DNA of 64,000 bases from an uncultured Gammaproteobacteria bacterium (lineage in GTDB: Bacteria > Patescibacteriota > Microgenomatia > UBA8517), in the NCBI GenBank assembly GCA_964600575.1, contig CAZRJH010000001.1:92651-156650 (forward strand). Direction: 5' to 3'. Under the pieces are notes generated by a model. The model saw only the letters and a program-made list of their open reading frames with translations, did not search any database and had not been told where the DNA came from. The position numbers and the translations under genes are program-made. The number at the start of each line of letters is the position of its first letter. The first letter of the stretch is position 1. Below, piece after piece: positions 19,801 to 29,332 of this stretch.

Positions 19801-19940
19801 ATGACATCCACCTCGCGCCAAAACTGCGAGGTTCCCCCAAGGTGGATGACATACCAGCGTTCAATTCATCCTCACACCAAGATGTGAGGTTTTCTTGAAT
19901 GCTGGTATAATATCATTTCCACCGGCAATCCGGCGGGAAA
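19801..19940. repeat. cluster of REP-like palindromes upstream of uvrA
   Basis: ATGACATCCACC/GGTGGATGACAT, ACCTCGC/GCGAGGT, ATACCAGCGTTCAA/TTGAATGCTGGTAT, CCTCACA/TGTGAGG, TTTCC..CCGG/CCGG..GGAAA. Confidence 0.55.
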
Positions 19941-19949
19941 CTTGCGTGC

Positions 19950-22859
19950 ATGAAAGATGAAATAAATATCAGAGGTGCCAGACAACACAACTTAAAAAAT
20001 GTGGACCTTGCCATTCCTAAAAATAAACTTGTGGTTTTAACTGGGGTTTCGGGGTCGGGTAAAAGTTCTTTAGCTTTTGACACTTTGTATGCCGAAGGTC
20101 AAAGGAGATATGTGGAGTCGCTCTCCAGTTATGCCAGACAGTTTTTGGGAGTAATGGAAAAGCCCGATGTTGACTCCATAGACGGACTATCACCAGCTAT
20201 TTCAATTGACCAAAAAACAACATCTCACAATCCCAGAAGTACTGTTGGAACGGTTACCGAAATTTACGATTACCTTAGACTTCTTTTTGCACGAATTGGA
20301 CATCCGCATTGTCCGATATGCGGACGAGAAATTTCTCACCAAACTTTGGATCAGATAGTCAATCAGGCGGTGGGTCTTATCAAACAGACTGCAAAAGCCG
20401 ATAAAAAGGCATGGTTTTTGATTTTGGCTCCTGTGGTTAGTGATAGAAAAGGAGAATTCTCTCAACTTTTTGAGAATTTAAAATCCAAAGGATATAGGCA
20501 AGTTAGGATAGATGGCAGGGTCCACGATTTGTCGGAAGATTTAGTTCTCATTAAAACCAACAAACATACCATAGAAGCAGTTGTAGATAGACTAGCCTTC
20601 ACGGACAAAAATCTTAAAAGTCCTACTTTTGAGTCGGAATTAAAAGGCCGACTTGCAGACTCTGTCCAGCAAGCTTTAAATCTCTCCGAAGGCTTGGCTG
20701 TTTTTGCACAAGTTAAAGACAAAGAGTTTTCCATGCCTGTAGCCCCCAAAGAGTTCGAAGACCATCTTTTCTCCGAACGATTCGCTTGTCCCATAGACAA
20801 TATATCCATTGCAGAGATAGAACCGAGAACTTTTTCTTTTAACTCTCCTCAAGGTGCTTGCCCCACATGTACAGGACTCGGGAAGATACTAAAGGTGGAT
20901 GCAGAGTTGGTGTTTTCGAGAGAGTTAACAATTATGGAAGGCGGAATTTTACCTTTTTCCAATATGTTCGAACACGAAACTTGGTACGGAAGACTTCTCA
21001 AAAAAGTTTGTGAGGAAAATAAAATCCCCATGAATAAACCCATAAAAGACTTGGACCAAAGCCAGACAGATTTGCTACTTAACGGTACGGGTGAAAAAGA
21101 ATACCGTGTATACGGCACAAACAGATTTGGAAAAGAAACATATATTTGGGAAAGGTATACGGGAATTGTTGCCGAGTTGGAAAGACGCCACAATACGAGC
21201 GAAAGTGACTGGGTAAGAGAAGAAATTAAAAAGTACATGAGAGAAAGGGTCTGTCCGGAATGTAATGGCGCCAGACTTAAAAAAGAAGCTTTGGGAATAA
21301 CAATAAAAAGTTTGTCTATTGCGGATGTTACAAACTTTTCTATTGATAAAACCGTTGAATGGACGGGCGAGCTTTTGGAAGGGAGTGCGATTAACGAAAG
21401 AGAAAAAGAGATTGGAAACTTAATAATCAAAGAGATTTTGGGAAGACTAAAATTCCTTACTTCCGTAGGTCTTGAATATTTAACACTTAATCGCGTAGCG
21501 GGGTCCTTGTCTGGAGGAGAAGCTCAAAGAATCCGTTTGGCAAGTCAAATCGGGTCGGGACTAACGGGTGTCTTGTATGTTTTGGATGAACCCACAATCG
21601 GGCTTCATCCAAGGGATGATCAAAAGCTAATTGCCACACTTAAAAAACTTAGAGATTTAGGTAACACCGTCGTGGTTGTAGAACACGATGCAACAATGAT
21701 GAAAGAGTCCGACTATATTGTAGACTTTGGCCCGGGCGCAGGTAAACACGGGGGAGAAGTAATTGCGGTCGGTACACCGACCGAGATAGAAAAAGACGAA
21801 AACTCAATTACGGGAAAATATTTATCGGGGAAGAAAAAGATAGAAGTTATGATTCCGCAGAAACTTATCGATAAGCCGGAAGTCTTAAAAATTTTTGGAT
21901 GTTCACAGTTCAATCTTAAAAATGTTGACGCGGAGTTCCCTTTGGGACAACTTGTTGCCATAACCGGTGTTTCCGGATCGGGAAAGTCCACTTTGCTTGT
22001 AGAGACACTTTTCCCGGCACTTCAGAAAGAACTGGAAACAGGATTTAGAGGAGAAGTTGGAATTTATAAAAGAATCGAGGGAATGGAAAATATAGATAAA
22101 GCAATTCTTATCGACCAATCCCCGATTGGCAGAACTCCAAGAAGTAACCCCGCAACATATACGGGCCTTTTTGATCCGATTCGCGATGTGTTTTCGGGCA
22201 CCCGCGATGCAAAAGCTGCGGGTTTTAAAAAGGGTAGATTTTCTTTTAATGTTAGAGGCGGAAGGTGTGAATCCTGTGAAGGGCAAGGGCAAATAAAAAT
22301 AGAAATGCAGTTTATGAGCGACCTTTGGGTAACTTGTGATGTTTGTAAAGGTAAGAGATACAACGCACAAACTTTGGAAATTTCCTACAGAGGCAAAAAT
22401 ATAGCCGAGGTTTTGGGGTTAACAATCGACGAAGCAAAAGAGTTTTTCCATGCACACCCCCAACTCACTCAAAAACTGGAAACGCTTTCTTTGGTGGGTT
22501 TGGGATATATGCAACTCGGTCAACCCGCAACGACTCTTTCGGGTGGAGAAGCACAAAGAGTAAAACTGGCAACGGAACTTTCCCGTAAATCTACGGGTAA
22601 AACTGTATATATTTTGGACGAACCCACAACAGGGCTTCATTTTGCGGATGTAGAAAGACTTTTAAAAGTTCTTAGACTTTTAGTCCAAAAGGGCAATAGT
22701 GTTTTTGTAATCGAACACAATTTGGATGTCATAAAAAACAGTGATTGGGTAATTGATTTGGGCCCGGAGGGTGGCGACGGTGGCGGAAAAATTGTAGCCA
22801 AAGGAAGAGTTTCCGATATTGCCAAAAACAAAAACTCAGCCACCTCTAAATATCTTTAA
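19950..22859 (+). CDS. uvrA: excinuclease ABC subunit A
   Basis: GARQHNLKN, two GSGKS Walker A motifs, two LSGGEAQR signatures, Zn fingers. Confidence 0.98.
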   Translation: MKDEINIRGARQHNLKNVDLAIPKNKLVVLTGVSGSGKSSLAFDTLYAEGQRRYVESLSSYARQFLGVMEKPDVDSIDGLSPAISIDQKTTSHNPRSTVGTVTEIYDYLRLLFARIGHPHCPICGREISHQTLDQIVNQAVGLIKQTAKADKKAWFLILAPVVSDRKGEFSQLFENLKSKGYRQVRIDGRVHDLSEDLVLIKTNKHTIEAVVDRLAFTDKNLKSPTFESELKGRLADSVQQALNLSEGLAVFAQVKDKEFSMPVAPKEFEDHLFSERFACPIDNISIAEIEPRTFSFNSPQGACPTCTGLGKILKVDAELVFSRELTIMEGGILPFSNMFEHETWYGRLLKKVCEENKIPMNKPIKDLDQSQTDLLLNGTGEKEYRVYGTNRFGKETYIWERYTGIVAELERRHNTSESDWVREEIKKYMRERVCPECNGARLKKEALGITIKSLSIADVTNFSIDKTVEWTGELLEGSAINEREKEIGNLIIKEILGRLKFLTSVGLEYLTLNRVAGSLSGGEAQRIRLASQIGSGLTGVLYVLDEPTIGLHPRDDQKLIATLKKLRDLGNTVVVVEHDATMMKESDYIVDFGPGAGKHGGEVIAVGTPTEIEKDENSITGKYLSGKKKIEVMIPQKLIDKPEVLKIFGCSQFNLKNVDAEFPLGQLVAITGVSGSGKSTLLVETLFPALQKELETGFRGEVGIYKRIEGMENIDKAILIDQSPIGRTPRSNPATYTGLFDPIRDVFSGTRDAKAAGFKKGRFSFNVRGGRCESCEGQGQIKIEMQFMSDLWVTCDVCKGKRYNAQTLEISYRGKNIAEVLGLTIDEAKEFFHAHPQLTQKLETLSLVGLGYMQLGQPATTLSGGEAQRVKLATELSRKSTGKTVYILDEPTTGLHFADVERLLKVLRLLVQKGNSVFVIEHNLDVIKNSDWVIDLGPEGGDGGGKIVAKGRVSDIAKNKNSATSKYL

Positions 22860-22900
22860 CTAAAGCTCCATTCGGTTCCCACTTACGATATACTCAAATT

Positions 22901-24847
22901 ATGTTTAAAAAGCTTTTGACTTTTCTTTTAGGTTTTATTGCAATATTTTTAATAACAGGAGAGGTTAAGGCAGATAATGAGTTTTATACGGACTCTGTAG
23001 TTACTTACCATGTACAAGAATCAGGTAAAACTTTAGTAACTCACGAAATAACCATTGAGAATGCATTCTCAACAATTTACGCAACTTCGTATGCAGTAAC
23101 TCTGGAAAATATAGATGTACAAAATGTGTCGGCAGTCAACGAAAACGGTAAGGCAATTAATGTTACAACCGAAAAACAGGGAGACAAGACCTCTATCAAA
23201 TTAGAATTCTCAGATGCCGTAGTCGGAAAAGGCGAAAAACGCCACTTTTATGTAAGTTACGAAAACGGAAGTTTTGCGGTAAGAACGGGAGAGATATGGG
23301 AAATAGAAGTTCCAAAAGTTGCACAAGATAACAGTTTCAGAAGTTACGCGGTAAAACTTATGGTTCCACAAAGTTTTGGACTAGAAGCATATGTTTCTCC
23401 TAAACCCGTAAGTTTTGATCAGGATGACAAAAATAAAACATATACTTTTTCCAGGGAAGATTTGGCCAAGACGGCACTAACCGCGGGTTTTGGACAATTC
23501 CAGGTATTTACCTTTAATCTTTCTTACCATCTGGAAAATCCTTTGGCTGTAAGTACAGATACGCAAGTTGCTCTTCCTCCCGATACCGCATTTCAAAAAG
23601 TTTATTTTTCAAAAATTACTCCTCAACCGAACGATGTAACGGTGGATTCCGACGGCAACTGGTTGGCAACATTTCATCTGACCCCAAGGCAAAGGGTGGA
23701 TGTAAATGTTTTGGGTTCTGTGCAGATTTTTGCAAGTTACAGATCTTTCCCTAAGCCTACCGAACGAGTTTTAAGCGACAACCTTAAACATAGCGATTAT
23801 TGGCAAACCGATGAACCCCAGATAAAAGCATTAGCACGCGAACTCAAAACACCCGAAGCAATCTATGATTACATAGTTAAAAATCTTAAATATGATTACG
23901 CTAGAGTCACACCGACCGTTCAAAGGTTTGGGGCCAAAAAAGCATTGGAAAATCCTTCCCAGGCAATTTGTATGGAGTTCACTGATCTTTTTATTGCACT
24001 TGCGCGGGCAGCCGGAATTCCTGCCAGAGAAGTAAACGGTTATGCATATACGGAAAACCCTCAACTTCAACCATTGAGTTTGGTTGCGGATGTACTACAT
24101 GCATGGCCGGAATACTACGATTCCGAAAAAGGAGCTTGGATACCCATTGATCCTACCTGGGGGTCAACAAGCGGCAGTGATTTTTTTAACAAATTAGACC
24201 TTAGGCATTTTACTTTTGTAATTCACGGAGAGAGCGCTACAAAACCTTATGCACCTGGGTCATACAAATTGGGTCCAAATCCACAAAAGGACGTCTTTGT
24301 TTCCTTTGGTAAACTTCCCGACGCCAGAAACTCTGTTCCAGGACTTTCGGTAGCCCCCAAAAGCACATTGCCTTTTATGGATTCAGTTTTTACAGTAACC
24401 GTAAACAACCCCGGCCCCTCTGCTCTGTATGGAGTTTACCCGACTGTTTATTTTGACGGCAAAGAAAATAGCCGTGATTTTATAGAAATTCTTACCCCTT
24501 ATTCAAATTACAAATTTGATATAAAAGTACCGTTTAGTATTTTGGGTAATAAAACCCCCGACGAAGTTTCGGTTAGTGTCTCAGGGAGCGAAGTTAAAAT
24601 TTCTACAAATAAATCACAGGTGATAATCAATAGCCTTTTGGTGATACTTCTTGTTTGTGGTGTAATAATGTTTGCCGTTTTGCTAAAACTAAGAAAAATA
24701 ACATTCGATCCCTTAATCGCCCGCATAACCGCACTCTTTGGTAAAATACAAGCTAAGTATGGAAAACTTTCTGGCAAAACTGACAAAAATTCCCCTGACG
24801 GGAAGTCGGGAGGACAAACGCCGAGTAGTCCGGGGGCTACCGGATAG
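22901..24847 (+). CDS. secreted, membrane-anchored transglutaminase-like protein
   Basis: Signal peptide; AICMEFTDLF, HAWPEY, IDPTW Cys-His-Asp triad; C-terminal TM helix. Confidence 0.88.
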   Translation: MFKKLLTFLLGFIAIFLITGEVKADNEFYTDSVVTYHVQESGKTLVTHEITIENAFSTIYATSYAVTLENIDVQNVSAVNENGKAINVTTEKQGDKTSIKLEFSDAVVGKGEKRHFYVSYENGSFAVRTGEIWEIEVPKVAQDNSFRSYAVKLMVPQSFGLEAYVSPKPVSFDQDDKNKTYTFSREDLAKTALTAGFGQFQVFTFNLSYHLENPLAVSTDTQVALPPDTAFQKVYFSKITPQPNDVTVDSDGNWLATFHLTPRQRVDVNVLGSVQIFASYRSFPKPTERVLSDNLKHSDYWQTDEPQIKALARELKTPEAIYDYIVKNLKYDYARVTPTVQRFGAKKALENPSQAICMEFTDLFIALARAAGIPAREVNGYAYTENPQLQPLSLVADVLHAWPEYYDSEKGAWIPIDPTWGSTSGSDFFNKLDLRHFTFVIHGESATKPYAPGSYKLGPNPQKDVFVSFGKLPDARNSVPGLSVAPKSTLPFMDSVFTVTVNNPGPSALYGVYPTVYFDGKENSRDFIEILTPYSNYKFDIKVPFSILGNKTPDEVSVSVSGSEVKISTNKSQVIINSLLVILLVCGVIMFAVLLKLRKITFDPLIARITALFGKIQAKYGKLSGKTDKNSPDGKSGGQTPSSPGATG

Positions 24848-26123
24848 TCCCGGTGTTTATATTTATTATTTTAGAAACACCCCGATTTATGTCGGTAAGG
24901 CAATAAACCTAAAAAGCCGCGTAACTTCTTATTTTGATCTGGATTTGGAGCCCAAAACACAAACAATGATAACAGAGGCTGAATATTTGTCTTATGTACG
25001 GGTAACAAGCGAGCTGGAAGCCCTTCTTTTGGAAGCAAAACTTATAAGAAAGTTTATGCCTCAATACAACATTGCGGCCAAAGACGACAAGCATCCTTTG
25101 TATATAATTATCACAAAAGAAAAATACCCCAGGGTAATAACAGCCAGAAAAATTGATACCGAGACCACAAAAAGTGTTGCACACTACGGACCGTTTCCTT
25201 CCAGTGGAAATGTTAAGTCTGTTCTACGAATGATCCGTAGAATTATTCCGTTTTCCGACCACAAAATTACCAAGAGAAAATGTCTTTATTCTCACATCGG
25301 TCTTTGTAAACCGTGTCCTTCTGATATCGAAACAACTATCGACCCAACCCAAAAGCAGGAAAAATATTTGGCTTACCGCAAAAACATTAGAAGAGTTAAA
25401 TCTATTTTGGACGGTAAATTCGAAGGATTAAAGACAAATTTAACTGTAGAAATGAATAAACTTTCCAAGATTCAAAAGTACGAGGAGGCAAAAACTGCCA
25501 GGGATCAGATAAAACGACTTGAATACATAACCTCTCCCAGAATCCCCACGGATATTTTTATGGAGAACCCCAACTTGTATGTCGATTTAAGGGAAAGAGA
25601 AATGAACGAACTCAAAAAACTTCTTTCATTATATTTTGATCTTAATTTGCCCAAAAGAATTGAGTGTTTTGATATAGCACACCTGGCGGGGTCATCTGCT
25701 ACCGCTTCTATGGTTACTTTTATAGGGGCCGAAGCAGATAAGAAGTTTTATAGACATTTTAGAATAAGGCAAGATAAAAGGAATAGCGATGTGGATAGTC
25801 TAAAGGAAGTGATAAAACGGAGGCTAAATCATCTGGACGATTGGGGAAAACCTGATCTGATAATTGTTGACGGAGGGAAACCCCAAGTTGGGGTTTTTGC
25901 AAAAGAAATTGAAAACATTGGGATACCGGTGATCGGTCTTGCTAAAAAGTTTGAAACATTTGTAATACCAATTAAAAATTTGAACGAGTTAACTTTTACC
26001 GAAGTAAGAGTTCCAAGAGGTCCTGTTTTGAATTTGGTTCAGAGGATGCGTGACGAGGCACATAGGTTTGCCAGGAGATATCACCATAAGCTTGTTTCGC
26101 AGGCTTTGATTAAAAAAGACTGA
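24759..26123 (+). CDS. uvrC: excinuclease ABC subunit C (short form without C-terminal HhH)
   Basis: PGVY..YVGKAINLKSRV GIY-YIG; RIECFDIAH; DGGKPQ; RDEAHRFA. Confidence 0.93.
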   Translation: MENFLAKLTKIPLTGSREDKRRVVRGLPDSPGVYIYYFRNTPIYVGKAINLKSRVTSYFDLDLEPKTQTMITEAEYLSYVRVTSELEALLLEAKLIRKFMPQYNIAAKDDKHPLYIIITKEKYPRVITARKIDTETTKSVAHYGPFPSSGNVKSVLRMIRRIIPFSDHKITKRKCLYSHIGLCKPCPSDIETTIDPTQKQEKYLAYRKNIRRVKSILDGKFEGLKTNLTVEMNKLSKIQKYEEAKTARDQIKRLEYITSPRIPTDIFMENPNLYVDLREREMNELKKLLSLYFDLNLPKRIECFDIAHLAGSSATASMVTFIGAEADKKFYRHFRIRQDKRNSDVDSLKEVIKRRLNHLDDWGKPDLIIVDGGKPQVGVFAKEIENIGIPVIGLAKKFETFVIPIKNLNELTFTEVRVPRGPVLNLVQRMRDEAHRFARRYHHKLVSQALIKKD

Positions 26124-26133
26124 TTTTTTCCAC

Positions 26134-26255
26134 AAAAAATGCGAAGCATGCGGTGTCCTGCCGGGTTGGGAGAAAATCATCAAGAGCAAAACTCTCGATT
26201 ATTCCTCCGTCACCCGACAGAACACCTTACCAAGCGTTAGCTTGGCAGCTTCGCA
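26134..26255 (-). terminator. branched 3' RNA structure with U-tract after the 604-aa gene
   Basis: Closing stem 26140-26147/26248-26255, 15-bp inner stem 26152-26166/26212-26226, hairpin 26230-26245, then T6 on the minus strand. Confidence 0.55.
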
Positions 26256-26258
26256 AAA

Positions 26259-28073
26259 CTACTCATCTCCGCCCAGAATATCCTGGAACAGTTGCTTCCA
26301 GTAGAGAGCGCTTCCCATATCGGGCGTGCCATCCACCTGGATGTTGCGGACGGTGTAGAACTCTTCTCCCGGTAACTGATAAACAGTCGCCGTAATCGTC
26401 TTGCCGGGAATGGCCAAGGCGGCGTTCAGACTGTTACTCGGTGCGAGCAAGTAGACCAAGGATCCATCACCCTGTTGAACAGTGATCAGGAACGAGGATT
26501 CTTGTCCGCCGGAAGGTCGATCAACTCTGACGTTATCGGTAACAACACCAGTGATCTGAATATCACTTTGGGTATTGTCGATTGTTGCGGCGTTAATGAC
26601 ATTGGTTCGAATGCCTTGGTATTTGGCATAGGCTTCTTCGAATGTTTGTGCGACCGCATAAACACTTTGGTCGTTTTCATTCGTTTGGTCCAGATTGACA
26701 AACCCATAGCCGCCGATGTTCTTGTCGCCGTATTCGTCCGTATATGTCAGGATGCAGTAGATAGTATCGGCATCGAGTATGCGGTGATATTCACAGAGCT
26801 CCGCGGTATACGAAGCGGTCTGGTTGATCTGCTCGTTTGCCTTTTTGGTCATCGCCAATTTAATGGTTTCTATGGTCTTTCCTGACATTTCGTAATACTT
26901 CGCTTCCAGATTTGTCGGATTGACTGTAACCATCCCGATCACTGAAGGGTCGTTGCCGACCGAGGTGATCGTAAACTGGTATTCTACGCCGCCTGGTATT
27001 ATCACATCGTCATGATTATCAACCATCATCATTCCCTTAGTACCTTCCCAAGGACAACGTGTGTGGTTGGAATAACCGGCCCAGTAAGTCACATAGTTGT
27101 TTACCCAGTCGAGCGGATAAACACGTTCGACCCAAGTTGGCTTGTCGGCAACTGTCTTTCTGTCGCCGAATCCTGTCTGCGGGTCAAAGATCAGGAGGTT
27201 GTTGATGCTTGTGCCCTCGATACCAATGGTGTGTGTCGCCAGGGAACCTACGTAGTAGGCTTGCGGCACAAGATCGTCGGATACTTCCATCCCGTCAAGG
27301 TCGAGGATGCGGTATGGCGTTCCGATCATGTAGTCCATGTATACTCTGCGGCTCAAGTCTTTGCCCCACCATGCACCCGGTGCGTATTTCATTGAAAGTC
27401 CGGGAACAAGGATTGGCTCGACCGATTTGTCCATGGCATCAACCAAAACAAACGCCGGAATAACGCTCCCGTTGTTGTTGTAGGTCACATTGTCTGTAAT
27501 CTTAAGGTCTACAACATACATAGGGCGACCTTGAACAATTTGCAGATAAGCACGGTTTGGGGCAAGGTAGTTGCCGAGAACTGCGTTTTCGCCCTTAGAC
27601 AAAACAATGCTTGCGCGGGCGAGAGCGACCGATTCAGGGATCCTGATTACAGAAGTAAGGTCTGTCTCGGGATATGCTTCGGTAGCATCCTGAATGTTGA
27701 GGAAGCTTGCCATTCGGTCATAACCGGGGTCGCCACAGATTGCGGCCGGGGGTGTGCCCATTGCACCAATGCCCCATACTGCAAGCAATACAACTGCCAT
27801 TACTACACCGAAGGTTGCGCCAACAGTGTTGCTTGAATTGAGAATCAAAGCCGTAACGACACCAATACCCACATTCAGGATGATAAGACCCATCCAGCTG
27901 AGCCAGTGGGTGAGGTAGGGCATGCCGGCATAGAAAATAACCCAGTTCACGATGATCCCGATCAGGCCGGCAATGATGATCGAACCACCGAAGTGCTTCT
28001 CGTCGCCCATGGCGTCGAAAATTATCGCGGCAACCACTGCGATCGCCGTGAAAAGCATTAAGTACCCAAACAT
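26259..28073 (-). CDS. hypothetical membrane protein (4 N-terminal TM helices, large external domain)
   Basis: 604-aa ORF, SD GAGGAG at 28081-28086, visibly GC-richer than the flanks. Confidence 0.75.
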   Translation of the reverse strand: MFGYLMLFTAIAVVAAIIFDAMGDEKHFGGSIIIAGLIGIIVNWVIFYAGMPYLTHWLSWMGLIILNVGIGVVTALILNSSNTVGATFGVVMAVVLLAVWGIGAMGTPPAAICGDPGYDRMASFLNIQDATEAYPETDLTSVIRIPESVALARASIVLSKGENAVLGNYLAPNRAYLQIVQGRPMYVVDLKITDNVTYNNNGSVIPAFVLVDAMDKSVEPILVPGLSMKYAPGAWWGKDLSRRVYMDYMIGTPYRILDLDGMEVSDDLVPQAYYVGSLATHTIGIEGTSINNLLIFDPQTGFGDRKTVADKPTWVERVYPLDWVNNYVTYWAGYSNHTRCPWEGTKGMMMVDNHDDVIIPGGVEYQFTITSVGNDPSVIGMVTVNPTNLEAKYYEMSGKTIETIKLAMTKKANEQINQTASYTAELCEYHRILDADTIYCILTYTDEYGDKNIGGYGFVNLDQTNENDQSVYAVAQTFEEAYAKYQGIRTNVINAATIDNTQSDIQITGVVTDNVRVDRPSGGQESSFLITVQQGDGSLVYLLAPSNSLNAALAIPGKTITATVYQLPGEEFYTVRNIQVDGTPDMGSALYWKQLFQDILGGDE

Positions 28074-28086
28074 ATGTGTACTCCTC

Positions 28087-28707
28087 TTAATAGGTAAAAG
28101 TTAAGTCGGGGTTTGGCGCGATTTGCATCGGTAAAACCTCAACTGCAGATTGAATGGAGACCAAGCTTACCTTAGCCAAATCAAGGCCCCAGATTACACC
28201 GAGTGAATCTACAATGTATACCCTGTTGGGATACTCTGCAGTAACAAACGGCTGGTAAATATTAAGGGTGTAATCGTTTCCCTTAATAACGAATCGGATC
28301 GAGGTTGCGTCAACGGTCATGTTTTCCAACCCTAACACCTTTGCTTTGGTCCATTCCTCATTTGTAAGAATCACGCTGTGATCCTTTGAGTAGAGGGCTT
28401 GACCGTCAGAAAGATATGCAAGATTGATTGCATTTTCCGTTTCACGCAGTGCATTTGCCTCCGAAGAGGAAAGCCAGGCTTCGCTTAGCCACGGATTTGT
28501 GTCCGTTATTGGCGTTGCGCTGGGTTTGACTTCTGGCACAAAATATCTCGAAAGCGGATTGCTGAGCGGCGTAGCTGGACCGAGCCTAAAGAATACAAAC
28601 ACGCCATAGGCAATTAGCAAAACAGGTACGATTATCAGCAAAGCTTTACCGATCCATCCAAAGATGGTCTTTACGACCGTAAAATCTTCATTAAACGGGT
28701 TCCACAC
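28087..28707 (-). CDS. hypothetical single-TM protein
   Basis: 206-aa ORF, SD AAGGAG at 28717-28722, GTG start. Confidence 0.7.
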   Translation of the reverse strand: MWNPFNEDFTVVKTIFGWIGKALLIIVPVLLIAYGVFVFFRLGPATPLSNPLSRYFVPEVKPSATPITDTNPWLSEAWLSSSEANALRETENAINLAYLSDGQALYSKDHSVILTNEEWTKAKVLGLENMTVDATSIRFVIKGNDYTLNIYQPFVTAEYPNRVYIVDSLGVIWGLDLAKVSLVSIQSAVEVLPMQIAPNPDLTFTY

Positions 28708-28749
28708 GTTTTAATACTCCTTTCGTAGCATGTTAACGTGCCGCCTCAC

Positions 28750-28777
28750 AAAAAAACCGACCTAAGACTGGCCGGTT
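28750..28777 (-). terminator. intrinsic terminator inside a 5' leader (attenuator-like)
   Basis: Minus strand AACCGGCC-AGTCTTA-GGTCGGTT followed by a T run, between the promoter and the SD. Confidence 0.65.
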
Positions 28778-28830
28778 GTAAATTCCTTCGATTACTCTCA
28801 GGACAAGGCGTTGTTGTCGAACTACCCTAT

Positions 28831-28871
28831 ATTATACACAAGTTGTCAAAAGTTAACAACTTCCATATACT
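28831..28871. promoter_or_regulatory. overlapping divergent sigma70 promoters
   Basis: Plus strand TTGTCA-17-TATACT (28843-28871); minus strand TTGTTA-17-TATAAT (28859-28831). Confidence 0.6.
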
Positions 28872-28877
28872 GTTTAT

Positions 28878-29279
28878 GTGAGGACAATCCTTAAGCATTA
28901 CATTATAGACACCGTCTCTTTGTATATAGTTTCTCAGGCGGTTTTAGGTATGGTTTTTGCCAAGGGAATCGAAACTCTTCTTTTGACTGGTGCGGTTTTA
29001 ATGCTAGTTACATTAATTGCAAAACCCATAATTAATATTTTATTGCTTCCTATTAACTTGGTTACTTTCGGCTTGTTTAAATGGGTCGCATACGCAATTG
29101 CCTTTTTCCTGGTTACACTGGTAACGCCCGGTTTCAAAATTACCGTATTCAATTTTGTAGGATACGATTCTCATCTGTTTACGGTACCCCCGTTGTACTT
29201 AACAGGTTTTCTGGCATTTTTGGGCTTTGCTTTCTTAATTTCGTTTGTTTCTTCTGTAATCTACTGGATTTTTAAATAA
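28878..29279 (+). CDS. YvlD / phage holin 4 family membrane protein
   Basis: KPIINILLLPINLVTFGLF signature; 4 TM helices. Confidence 0.85.
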   Translation: MRTILKHYIIDTVSLYIVSQAVLGMVFAKGIETLLLTGAVLMLVTLIAKPIINILLLPINLVTFGLFKWVAYAIAFFLVTLVTPGFKITVFNFVGYDSHLFTVPPLYLTGFLAFLGFAFLISFVSSVIYWIFK

Positions 29280-29332
29280 TTTCTTATACAAAAAAGCTTT
29301 GGTAATAGTTACCTTTGAGGTATAATCTAATC

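Noticed and set aside
20202-22843. Several long antisense ORFs within uvrA (likewise in other core genes)
   Set aside because: Shadow ORFs of conserved genes with no motifs or expression signals.
28878-29279. Prophage suggested by a holin-family gene
   Set aside because: YvlD-type membrane protein next to secG; no endolysin, capsid, terminase or integrase in the window.
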